From positions 96,001 to 160,000 of the forward strand of contig JAVZCB010000002.1 of NCBI GenBank assembly GCA_038874595.1: a stretch of 64,000 nt of DNA. Direction: 5' to 3'. The notes below the pieces were generated by a model, which was not told where the DNA came from, searched no databases, and saw nothing but the letters and a program-made list of their open reading frames with translations. A program made the position numbers and the translations under genes. Positions 28,269 to 36,800 of the stretch are shown here, in pieces. This DNA is from Candidatus Micrarchaeia archaeon (lineage in GTDB: Archaea > Micrarchaeota > Micrarchaeia > CAILAH01). The number at the start of each line of letters is the position of its first letter. The first letter of the stretch is position 1.

Positions 28269-29333
28269 TCATCTTCCTGGACGCTTGAGCGCGTTTGCCT
28301 GCTCGCGCGTCCATACACCTGCTATGTGCTGGCCGCATCTCCTGCATCTTGAGTTTGCAGTGTCAAACTCATCTGTAATGCGGGAGGAAAACCACTGCCT
28401 CTCAACGAGCAGTGCGCCGCATTTCGGGCAAAACGTGCTCTCTGCACGTGAGCGAACATTACCTACATAAACATACTTGAGTCCTGCTTCGATTGCAACA
28501 TCGCGAAGAGGAAGTATCTGCTGCTCGGTTGCCGACGGTACATCGAGCATCTTATAACTTGGATGGAATGCTATTAAATGAAGTGGCATCTCAGCGTCTA
28601 TCGCTGCTAGCCATTCAGCTTCCTGCCGAGCCTCCTCCCTGCTATCTGTTTTGCCTGGGATTACCAGGGAAGTCACTTCAACCCATATGTTCTTGTATTT
28701 CTTTGCTTCCTTTATAGAATCAAGGACGTGGTCGAGCTGTGCACCTGTATACTCAAGGTAGAATTTTTTGTTAAATCCTTTCAGGTCTATGCTCGCTGCG
28801 TGTATATACTTTGATGCTTCCTTCCAGAATTCCGGTGTGCCGTAGCCATCTGTTACGAGCACGTTGAACAGGCCTTCCCCTAGCGCTATGCTGCCTATAT
28901 CCCTGTGGTATTCGAACCATATTGCCGGCTCGTTGTATGTATATGCAATAGAATCACAGTTGTATGATTTTGCATTTTCAACTGCTTTCGCGGGCGGCAG
29001 GTCTATCCAGTTATCTAATGGGAGGTGCTCACGTATCGCCTGTGCAAGCTCCCAGTTACAGCAGAATTTGCACATAAAAGTGCAGCCGTACGTGCCAAGC
29101 GAGTATGCGCCTGTCCCTGGAAGAAAATGGAACTGCGGCTTCTTCTCTATAGGGTCTATACCGAATGCTGATGGTCTACCGTAAACAACCAGGTCGAGCT
29201 TGCCGCTGGTGTTTTTGCGTATCCCGCAAAAGCCTGTTTCGCCTTCACGTATGAGACATCTTCTTGCACATGCCTTGCACTGTATTGTGCCGTCATCCTT
29301 GTAATCAACAAGTGGGTTATTAACAATCATCAA
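28269..29333 (-). CDS. amrS: AmmeMemoRadiSam system radical SAM enzyme
   Basis: N-terminal CKACARRC...GFCGIR, DPIEKKP, CTFMCKFC (CxxxCxxC), IAYTYNEP, IDLKGF, C-terminal CPKC/CRRC. Confidence 0.95.
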   Translation of the reverse strand: MMIVNNPLVDYKDDGTIQCKACARRCLIREGETGFCGIRKNTSGKLDLVVYGRPSAFGIDPIEKKPQFHFLPGTGAYSLGTYGCTFMCKFCCNWELAQAIREHLPLDNWIDLPPAKAVENAKSYNCDSIAYTYNEPAIWFEYHRDIGSIALGEGLFNVLVTDGYGTPEFWKEASKYIHAASIDLKGFNKKFYLEYTGAQLDHVLDSIKEAKKYKNIWVEVTSLVIPGKTDSREEARQEAEWLAAIDAEMPLHLIAFHPSYKMLDVPSATEQQILPLRDVAIEAGLKYVYVGNVRSRAESTFCPKCGALLVERQWFSSRITDEFDTANSRCRRCGQHIAGVWTREQANALKRPGR

Positions 29334-29366
29334 ATTATATTATGCGTTCTGATTTATATGATTAAC

Positions 29367-29756
29367 ATGGCGAGATTTCTTGTACTAGGTAATGAGAGCG
29401 TATTTGAAGATGGGACAGCTGTAAGGCTGATGCCCTTACTTAAAAAAGAGTTTCCCATGCACGAGTTCGTTGTGTTTGACCCTAACGAGAGCCTGCCCGT
29501 AGAAAACAAGGACCTCTTATTGATTGATGTCGTAAGAGGGATTAAAAGGGTTGAAATATTCACGGAAGAAGATATAGACCGCTTCAGCGATTTTCCAAAG
29601 GTCGGGGTGCACGATTTTGACCTTACGTTCCAGCTTAAGCTGCTGCTCCGCCTTGGTAAAATAAAAAACGTAAGAATTATAGGGATACCTCACGGAATGG
29701 ATGATAAAACTGCCCTGGCGCAGGCTGTCAACGCACTCCGAGCACTTCGGCTTTGA
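29367..29756 (+). CDS. Hydrogenase maturation protease-like protein (HycI/HybD family, short)
   Basis: VLGN...EDG, LLIDVV, VHDFDL, IIGIP; hydrogenase large subunit with a cleavable tail lies 3.6 kb away. Confidence 0.7.
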   Translation: MARFLVLGNESVFEDGTAVRLMPLLKKEFPMHEFVVFDPNESLPVENKDLLLIDVVRGIKRVEIFTEEDIDRFSDFPKVGVHDFDLTFQLKLLLRLGKIKNVRIIGIPHGMDDKTALAQAVNALRALRL

Positions 29757-30273
29757 GGATTTGGAGCAGCTCGCGCAGCCAGCGTACCAGCAGTGTTATG
29801 CTTAAGGGATACGGTGAGCCAAATAGCATAACGGATAATGGTGAAAGCTGTTTCCTAAACAGCATGCCTGCCCGTAACGTATGATAATTAGATGTAACAA
29901 CAGCTATACTGTTGATGTGCAGCTGTTTTGCTATCTTACGCACCTCAACCGCATTTTCGTATGTGTTTGTTGAGTGCTCTTCTAATATAATATTCCGCTT
30001 TTTTATACCAAGCCCCAACGCTATGCGCTTCATATAAGACGCCTCGGAAATTTTGTTGCTGAATGTGTATCCACCACTCAAAATGAGGTAGCGTGCTGCT
30101 GATTTCCTGAAAATGGATACTGCAAGCTCAACGCGTGCCGCTATATCCATACGGGCTTCCTCGGTTGTGGGTTTCCTGCCAAGGCATACCACTGCATCAA
30201 ATCTTTTGCGTGGGATATATATTTTAAACCGAGAATCTCTGCGGCCTTTCATACCAAAACCAAACACTTGCAC
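29728..30273 (-). CDS. YdcF/DUF218 family protein
   Basis: AVVCLG, LILSGG, SEASYM, EEHSTNTYENA, VVTSNYHTLRA. Confidence 0.9.
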   Translation of the reverse strand: MQVFGFGMKGRRDSRFKIYIPRKRFDAVVCLGRKPTTEEARMDIAARVELAVSIFRKSAARYLILSGGYTFSNKISEASYMKRIALGLGIKKRNIILEEHSTNTYENAVEVRKIAKQLHINSIAVVTSNYHTLRAGMLFRKQLSPLSVMLFGSPYPLSITLLVRWLRELLQILKAEVLGVR

Positions 30274-30279
30274 TAGAAA

Positions 30280-30621
30280 TTATTTTGGTTTGTTAAGGTT
30301 CTGTGCTGGCTGTGCTGCCTTTTCAACAAGGCTTACTTCAAGCCCTCCGGTATAGTCTGAGATGAGGTTATATATGAAAGCGACTACTGCACCTATGATT
30401 GCACCATATATTGCACCTACCAGTGGGGATATGATGAAAGAAGTTATGCAAGATGTGGCACCACCAACCACGCTCATCCCTAAACCGGCCCCAATTACAG
30501 ATATAATGACAGATACGCCGCCGTAGACCGCACCTGCGATCAGGAATAGCAGTGCATGCAACAGAGCAGATACCTTCACAGCAGAAATTATGCTGATGCG
30601 CCTTACGATGAATAATCCCAT
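30280..30621 (-). CDS. Small membrane protein (DUF3566-like)
   Basis: RISIISAVKV...AFIYNLISDYTGGLEV pattern; two long Gly-rich hydrophobic segments. Confidence 0.65.
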   Translation of the reverse strand: MGLFIVRRISIISAVKVSALLHALLFLIAGAVYGGVSVIISVIGAGLGMSVVGGATSCITSFIISPLVGAIYGAIIGAVVAFIYNLISDYTGGLEVSLVEKAAQPAQNLNKPK

Positions 30622-30686
30622 AAAAGAGATTCTCTCAAAATGCTTAAATATTATTGGTGGCGTATATATGCTGGAGAAGTGATACT

Positions 30687-31457
30687 ATGAAGGCAATCTA
30701 TGCTCTATCTATACTGGTGCTGCTGGCGGTTATGATGGGTTGCATTTCGCAGCCAGAGACACAGCAACCGCAAGGTACACAGCAGCCTGAGAATATAGCA
30801 CCCGAGCTGCCCACAACCACTGTTGTGAAGGAAAAGCCAAAAATTGTGCTTGAAGAATATCCAACACAGATAAAGGCGGGTGAGACGGCAAGCTTTAAGT
30901 GGTCTGTAAGTGGTGCAAAAGGCACTGTTGCCTACACATCCGTACGTATCGGCAAGGAGAGTAATGTTGTTAGTGACAGCATATCACCTGACAGGACCTC
31001 ATACACATTAAGCACGCCCGGCTATCCTGCAGGAAGCTATAATGTACCTGGGAAATTTACTGACTCAATAATGATAAGTGAGCCGGGCACCTACTATGCG
31101 CGTGCACACACTGTTGTGGATGGGAAACATGTATGGAGTGAGGAGATATCGTTTACTGTGCTGGGTGCGATGGGCCAGCCGGTAAAGGAGTTCAATGTCA
31201 AAGTGACTGACAGCGGGTTTGAACCTAATACATTCACCGTACGCAAGGGAGACCTTGTAAAAATGCACTTTGAAGTTGATAAGGGAGTTAACCCATCTGG
31301 TGTGCGTATAGTAAGCCCGGGCTGGAAAAATGCACCTGCACTCAAACCTGGAGAGATGCAGGATGTTGAGTTTACTGCTGATTCCAGCTTTGAGTTTAAC
31401 CTCTACTGGCTTGCTGGTAACCTGTTAAGAGGCAAGGCAAAGATTACCGTAGAGTAA
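30687..31457 (+). CDS. Lipoprotein with Ig-like and C-terminal cupredoxin-like domains
   Basis: Lipobox-like MMGC, Q/P/T linker, GTYYARA, GFEPNTFTVRKGDLVK...G.ITVE; no Cu-ligand Cys/His visible. Confidence 0.7.
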   Translation: MKAIYALSILVLLAVMMGCISQPETQQPQGTQQPENIAPELPTTTVVKEKPKIVLEEYPTQIKAGETASFKWSVSGAKGTVAYTSVRIGKESNVVSDSISPDRTSYTLSTPGYPAGSYNVPGKFTDSIMISEPGTYYARAHTVVDGKHVWSEEISFTVLGAMGQPVKEFNVKVTDSGFEPNTFTVRKGDLVKMHFEVDKGVNPSGVRIVSPGWKNAPALKPGEMQDVEFTADSSFEFNLYWLAGNLLRGKAKITVE

Positions 31458-31530
31458 AAAAGCACCTTTTCATTTTTTTATTTGCTTCCTATTCCTGCAC
31501 ATATTTAATTATTGCTACTGATAGATTAGC

Positions 31531-31767
31531 ATGAGCAAACAACTATTGGTTATTCTGGCTGTGCTTATGGCGCTTAGCGGTGTTGCTTTTGCGGCAAACC
31601 AGTGGTGCTATGATGATAGCGACTGTGATTATGACGAGTATTGCGGCTCAAACAACAAGTGCGTTTCATACTCTGGTGGTGGAAGCAGCAACTGTTGCAG
31701 CACATATGCAATCCTGCTTGGTATTATAGGCCTGGGCGCATTTGCAAAGTATAAGCACATTATTTAA
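31531..31767 (+). CDS. Small secreted Cys-rich protein with C-terminal CC-TM-basic tail
   Basis: Signal peptide (VAFA), CYDDSDCDYDEYCGSNNKC, GS linker, CCSTYAILLGIIGLGAFAKYKH. Confidence 0.8.
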   Translation: MSKQLLVILAVLMALSGVAFAANQWCYDDSDCDYDEYCGSNNKCVSYSGGGSSNCCSTYAILLGIIGLGAFAKYKHII

Positions 31768-31835
31768 AGTGTGCCAACCTTTTGGTGGCAGTTACTGCCT
31801 ATTTTATTTTAGGCAAAAATTTGGATTTGGTGCAA

Positions 31836-32486
31836 ATGATTTCTGCAATTTTGTTTGATATGGATGGTGTTGTCTCAAACACCGAGCCGGCACACGAGAA
31901 AGCGGATTCGATGATACTGAGCGAGTATGGTGTCCGGCTTGACAGTAGGTGGAAGCAAATTAAGGGGATGAAAGAGCTTGATGTGTACAAAAAGGCAATT
32001 GAGATGTATAACATAAAAGGAGCAACACCTGAGGAAATACTATTAAAGAAAATCAAGATGTTTGCAAATTTTACAGATGATATAAGATTGTTCTCCGGCC
32101 TGCACAGTGCGCTTGGCAGGCTCAAAGGCAAATACCGGGTTGCGCTTGTGAGCTCAAGCCCAAAGCAGATTGTTGATATTGTTGTAAAGAGGTTTGAATT
32201 GGAGAAATACTTTGAGCGCATAATAACCGGTGATGATGTCGTGAAGGGCAAGCCGGACCCGGAGCCATATCTTAAGGCTGCAGAAAAGATGGGAGTAAGC
32301 CCCGCTGAATGTGTTGTTGTTGAGGACTCGATAAACGGGATAAAGAGCGCAAAGGCTGCTGGAATGAAATGTATCGCAATTACAAATTCTTTCCCCCATG
32401 AAGAGCTCGTAAAGGCCGGGGCGGATGCGGTTATAAACGTGATTGTTGAGCTGCCGGTTGCGCTTGAGGAAATATCACAAAAATAA
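31836..32486 (+). CDS. HAD family phosphatase (beta-PGM-like)
   Basis: FDMDGVV, VSSS, GKPDPEPY, VEDSINGIKSAKAAGM. Confidence 0.92.
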   Translation: MISAILFDMDGVVSNTEPAHEKADSMILSEYGVRLDSRWKQIKGMKELDVYKKAIEMYNIKGATPEEILLKKIKMFANFTDDIRLFSGLHSALGRLKGKYRVALVSSSPKQIVDIVVKRFELEKYFERIITGDDVVKGKPDPEPYLKAAEKMGVSPAECVVVEDSINGIKSAKAAGMKCIAITNSFPHEELVKAGADAVINVIVELPVALEEISQK

Positions 32487-32519
32487 TACGCTTTTATTTG
32501 TTTGCAGAGAGCTCTTCCT

Positions 32520-33008
32520 ATGAAAAAAGCCTTAACCGTTGCAGTTGTTGCGCTTGCAATCCTAGGAATTGTGTTTGCAGATATAGGCCCCTCTCCTCAG
32601 GCACCTGAAATATCCGTTTCATTGTTAAAAGGAGGGGTGTCTTACAGTGGTGAGGCGGTGGTTGAGTTTGTATGTTTGGATGCTGGGCCTGCGGATGATA
32701 GCCCTGTCGGGGAGAGAGTTATCCAGCTGAGATGCAATAAAGGGTCCTGTACAAATGAGATGTGGTTCTACAAGCTTAACCCGTGCTACACACCAGGGAA
32801 GGGCAAATTTAGGTATAAACTCGAGGGCTGGGATGAGTATAAGGAAACCGGCCTGTTTGATTTCTCAAAGCCGGGCAAATATATTATTATGCTTGATGCT
32901 GAGACGGGCAATTATTCGAAAAGCTGGTCAAGTGGTTCCTGCCAGGGTATAATTGCATTCCTGTGTGCTGTTGGGTTGCTCGCTCTTGTAAAATACTGGT
33001 TAAAGTGA
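32520..33008 (+). CDS. Secreted protein (mature N-terminus DIGP) with C-terminal Cys-TM-basic tail
   Basis: Signal peptide ending VFA/DIGP; four internal Cys; ends SSGSCQGIIAFLCAVGLLALVKYWLK. Confidence 0.75.
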   Translation: MKKALTVAVVALAILGIVFADIGPSPQAPEISVSLLKGGVSYSGEAVVEFVCLDAGPADDSPVGERVIQLRCNKGSCTNEMWFYKLNPCYTPGKGKFRYKLEGWDEYKETGLFDFSKPGKYIIMLDAETGNYSKSWSSGSCQGIIAFLCAVGLLALVKYWLK

Positions 33009-33347
33009 GTGAAAGTGGGTTTTATTAATGCACTCTTGATAACGCTTGCTGTAGAATCGGTGATTATTGGCTGGCTGCTGCAGGGCAAATTCCCGATGCG
33101 TGCCGTTTTCCTTGCTGCGTGCACTGCAAGCGCTATAACGCTTCCTCTTGTATGGTTCGCTTTCCCAATGATAGGTGTTGGGCTGTTCTTTTCAGAGGTG
33201 TTTGCTATTGCGGCTGAGGCGATGTTTTATCATACAGTATTGCGGGGAGTTTCCTGGGCGACCGCTTTCTATGTATCACTTATCGCAAATGCTGCGTCTT
33301 TCATTGTGGGTATCATCATAATGACATTTACAACTGGAATAATCTAA
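33009..33347 (+). CDS. Four-TM membrane protein with intramembrane Glu residues
   Basis: ITLAVE, ASAITLP, SEVFAIAAE, SLIANAASF; starts immediately after the upstream stop codon. Confidence 0.75.
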   Translation: MKVGFINALLITLAVESVIIGWLLQGKFPMRAVFLAACTASAITLPLVWFAFPMIGVGLFFSEVFAIAAEAMFYHTVLRGVSWATAFYVSLIANAASFIVGIIIMTFTTGII

Positions 33348-33367
33348 CTTCAAAAATAAATCTACGT

Positions 33368-34666
33368 TTATTTCCAGTTAACTTGGAGGAAATGTGTTGC
33401 ACAGCTCATACACGGGTCGTAGGCGCGTATCAGCATCTCAAGCTCTCTTTCTATCTGCTCTTTTGGTATCCCCTGCTCAATGCATTTCTGTGCAAGCAGG
33501 CCGGCATCCTTCTCCATCATAATATGGTTTTGTGCAGTTGGAATAACCAGGTCGGCGACAGAAACGTTGCCAGCAGCATCAAACTCAAGGTAGTAATACA
33601 AAGTGCCACGTGGCGCTTCAACAATCCCTGTGCCTCCCGCCTCCTTCGGCTCAACAGGCTGCGGCTTTTCATCCCTGAATTCTGTAGTTTCAAGAAGTTC
33701 TAATGAGTGGTCAAATGCATGGACTATCTCAATTGCCTGTGCGAGATTATTATGGAAAATATTATCACTTGGGAACTTTGAAATATATTTGCCGAGGTCG
33801 CGTTTTGTATCCTTGTGTAATGTATCCTTTCCGACGTTCATGCGCGCAAGCGCACCTACCATGTACGTCTCACCCTTATAAAGAAATCCTTCGGCTTGTG
33901 AGTAAGGTATCACAACTTTGTAGAGATGTTCAGTAAATGAGAACTCTGGTATACATACTCCGTTTGAATCACAAAGCTGACCTTCCCAGAAATTATAAAA
34001 AGAGTTCTTTGTTGCAACATATTTTGTTTTTCTTACAAGCGTTTTGTCCCATTCCCCAAACAGCTCTACAAATTCAATTGCGTGGTCGCGCTCTTCCCGT
34101 ATCATTGAGATAAGCTTTTTCACATCACCTGGCTGGGGGGCTTTTGCAAAACCGCCAATTGTTGGAATTGTGGGGTGGACGGCACGGCCCGCAATAATCG
34201 TGCCGATAGAGTTCCCAACCTCCTTGACATGGAGCGCCTTGTGTAAAATCTCTTTTTCCTTATCGGACTTAAAATCAAGCACTGAATCTTTCCCAAACAA
34301 GTCAGGCAGGCAGAAGAAGAAAAGATGCATTGCGTGGTCGCGCACCTGCAGGCCGTTCATAGTGAGATGTTTCAGAACAGCTGCCTGTGGCGTAGGGGTT
34401 ATGCCAAAAACGTTTTCTATGCATTCTATACATCCCATCAGGTGTGCTGTGCTGCACGTCCCACATATGCGGGAGACCAGCTGGTGAGCGTTAACGAACT
34501 TCTTGCCGCGGACCGATTCCTTGAAAAACCTCAAGTTCTCACTCACTTTAAGGCGGACACCGCGGACCTCGCCGCTACGCACGATTATATCAAGCCCAGC
34601 GTGGCCCTCAATCTTGCTTATTGAATCCAGTGTTATCTCAAAATCCTCCTTGTGCATAACAACCAC
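33368..34666 (-). CDS. [NiFe]-hydrogenase large subunit, group 3b-related
   Basis: KIEGH, L1 RICGTC...H, EAPRG, PTAQN, L2 RAYDPCMSCATH followed by a short cleavable tail FLQVNWK. Confidence 0.93.
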   Translation of the reverse strand: MVVMHKEDFEITLDSISKIEGHAGLDIIVRSGEVRGVRLKVSENLRFFKESVRGKKFVNAHQLVSRICGTCSTAHLMGCIECIENVFGITPTPQAAVLKHLTMNGLQVRDHAMHLFFFCLPDLFGKDSVLDFKSDKEKEILHKALHVKEVGNSIGTIIAGRAVHPTIPTIGGFAKAPQPGDVKKLISMIREERDHAIEFVELFGEWDKTLVRKTKYVATKNSFYNFWEGQLCDSNGVCIPEFSFTEHLYKVVIPYSQAEGFLYKGETYMVGALARMNVGKDTLHKDTKRDLGKYISKFPSDNIFHNNLAQAIEIVHAFDHSLELLETTEFRDEKPQPVEPKEAGGTGIVEAPRGTLYYYLEFDAAGNVSVADLVIPTAQNHIMMEKDAGLLAQKCIEQGIPKEQIERELEMLIRAYDPCMSCATHFLQVNWK

Positions 34667-35148
34667 TAAACCCTAAATATTTCAAAATATTTGTTTAGTA
34701 CCCTTATGAAAGATTTCTCATCCATAGGGCAGCCCATCACCATATCATCAACCTTTACCAGCTTTGTTACTGGCAGCACTTCGTTGAGCAGGCCAAATTT
34801 CTCTATCCGCGGCCGTATCTCCGCCTTTGTCCTGTCATCAAAAAAGTTGCGCTGTGCAGAAGGCATGCCTGTGCAGGCGCACGCGCCTATCGTCACTATG
34901 TATTTTGATATGCTACGGATGTACTCGAGCTTTTTCTTCTCGTCATCCGTGCTTATCGCCCCCTCAATAAAAAACACATCTATATCACGAAGAGAGAAAA
35001 CATCACTGCTCTTCTTAAGTGCGTTGCAGTATACAAAATCTATCTTCCCTGACCAGTCAAAGAAATTCTTGTTTAGCAGCTCAAGAAACAGCACTGTGCT
35101 GTCCTCACTGCATGTAAATGTTATCCATCCGACCCTCATCTTTGGCAT
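34666..35148 (-). CDS. [NiFe]-hydrogenase small (delta) subunit, truncated 160-aa form
   Basis: TCSEDS in place of CxxC, FIEGAI, IGACACTG, GCP; its stop codon overlaps the large-subunit start. Confidence 0.88.
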   Translation of the reverse strand: MPKMRVGWITFTCSEDSTVLFLELLNKNFFDWSGKIDFVYCNALKKSSDVFSLRDIDVFFIEGAISTDDEKKKLEYIRSISKYIVTIGACACTGMPSAQRNFFDDRTKAEIRPRIEKFGLLNEVLPVTKLVKVDDMVMGCPMDEKSFIRVLNKYFEIFRV

Positions 35149-35200
35149 AGAGTTTATTATACATATAAGGCTTTTAACTTGTAACACCAAAAATTATGAT

Positions 35201-35650
35201 ATGGAGTATGAAGTGCCAGAGCAAAACCTTGTTGAAGAGCTTGAGATGAGAGGTATTGGGTATCGCAAAGATAATGGGTATTTTGTGGATGTTTTGCAGG
35301 CAGCTTATCTTACAGAGATTGGAAAGGCCAAATATGATGATGCGCGGGATGTTGTGGATAAGAATGAAAAGCTGCGCCTGGCGTATGTTGTATTCAGAGA
35401 CTTGAGAAAGAAGATGCATGTTGCAAACTACATTGAGAAGGATGATGTAATACTTGCTTATGAAAAGGGAATGGTACCTAAGCATGCAGAAAGCAAGTTC
35501 GTAATCAAAGTTATAAAAAATATGAACATAAAGCTTGATGAGATGGTAAAGCTTAGGGATGATGTAAGGAAAGCCAGAAAGGACCTTTTGTTTGCTGTGG
35601 TGGACGGTGAAAAAATATCATATTACAAATTCAATGAAATTGAGTTGTGA
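35201..35650 (+). CDS. tRNA-splicing endonuclease (EndA)-like subunit, probably non-catalytic/structural
   Basis: LQAAYL, YVVFRDLRKK, RKARKDLLFAVVD...ISYY; the catalytic GxKFGxDF.Y...H segment is not recognisable; true start is the ATG at 35201, not 34691. Confidence 0.78.
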   Translation: MEYEVPEQNLVEELEMRGIGYRKDNGYFVDVLQAAYLTEIGKAKYDDARDVVDKNEKLRLAYVVFRDLRKKMHVANYIEKDDVILAYEKGMVPKHAESKFVIKVIKNMNIKLDEMVKLRDDVRKARKDLLFAVVDGEKISYYKFNEIEL

Positions 35651-36078
35651 GTGAGATTATGGAGAAATGTGCGCTGTGCGAAGAGCTGCAAAAGCGTAAG
35701 AACGTTGCATACATAAGTGACCATTCTTTTGTGCTCGTGAATTTGAGGCTCCTTAAGCCCGGCCATGTGCTTGTTCTGCCGAAAAAGCACAGGGAAGCTT
35801 TTGATGAGCTCACGAAAGATGAGGCAAAAGAGATATTTGATACTGTGGAGAGGTGCGCGCGCGCAATCCATAAGGTTTATGGGCATTATCCAATGGTTAT
35901 AATCAACCCTCAGACAAAACGATCCGAAAGACACATACATATACACCTTGTTCCAACAGAGTACGGGGCGCGCGATTACATCGCTAAGATTGAGAACCTT
36001 CCTTACAATGAAGAAGCGCCCGCCGAAATCAGGGAAATCGTACGTGAGGAGATTGCAAAAGCTATGGAAGAAGAATAA
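35647..36078 (+). CDS. HIT family nucleotide hydrolase
   Basis: CALC, PGHVLVLPKKH, HIHIHLVP histidine triad. Confidence 0.93.
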   Translation: MSEIMEKCALCEELQKRKNVAYISDHSFVLVNLRLLKPGHVLVLPKKHREAFDELTKDEAKEIFDTVERCARAIHKVYGHYPMVIINPQTKRSERHIHIHLVPTEYGARDYIAKIENLPYNEEAPAEIREIVREEIAKAMEEE

Positions 36079-36087
36079 TGGCTTGTG

Positions 36088-36765
36088 TTATTTTTTGTTT
36101 GCTGCTTTTAACGCATCTCTCCTACCAAACATGCACATCCTAAAAAGAGGGCAGGATATGCATTTCGGGTTTGATTTTGTGCAGTGTTTCTTGGCGTGTT
36201 CTACCAGGAGAGCGTGCATCTCATTATATTTTGGTGCACTTTTTCCGAGCGCCTTCTCAAACACGGTGCGCACCTTTTCATAATCAAGTGCTGTGCTTTC
36301 ATTTCCTTCAAAAACGCGGCCATAGATGCGTTTTGTGTATGCATCAACCACAAAAATCGGCTTGTTGAAAGCATATAATAAAATTGAATCTGCTGTTTCA
36401 CGGCCTATCCCTTTTAATGAAAGCAGGTGGGCACGCGCATCGTGCAGAGACATTTTTCTTATTGCATCAAAGTACACGTGCCTGCAGAAATATTTGAGCC
36501 TGGCCGCCTTTTGCCTATAAAACCCTGCTGGCTTAATGGCCTTCTCAAGAATATGTGTTGGAGAATCAAGTATTGCCGAACCACTGAGCAGGTTGCCTCT
36601 TTTCATGTTTGCAATCGCTTTCTCAACGTTTTTCCAGGAAGTATTCTGGGTAAGTATTGCACCAACGCATACCTCAAATGGTGTATCGGCCGGCCACCAG
36701 TTCTGTTTTCCATAAGTGCGGCTCAGGATATTAAACATAGTGCGTATTCCGCTGCCTACATCCAT
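36088..36765 (-). CDS. Endonuclease III-related HhH-GPD protein with FCL [4Fe-4S] motif
   Basis: WWP..TPFEVCVGAILTQNT, LKGIGRETADSILLY, VVDAY, CTKSNPKCISCPLFRMC. Confidence 0.92.
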   Translation of the reverse strand: MDVGSGIRTMFNILSRTYGKQNWWPADTPFEVCVGAILTQNTSWKNVEKAIANMKRGNLLSGSAILDSPTHILEKAIKPAGFYRQKAARLKYFCRHVYFDAIRKMSLHDARAHLLSLKGIGRETADSILLYAFNKPIFVVDAYTKRIYGRVFEGNESTALDYEKVRTVFEKALGKSAPKYNEMHALLVEHAKKHCTKSNPKCISCPLFRMCMFGRRDALKAANKK

Positions 36766-36800
36766 AATATAAATTACAGGCCAAGCAATAAATATGGCGG

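Noticed and set aside
34691-35200. 319-aa ORF suggesting a long N-terminal extension on the EndA-like protein
   Set aside because: The extension is the antisense of the hydrogenase small subunit; the EndA-like sequence starts at the ATG at 35201
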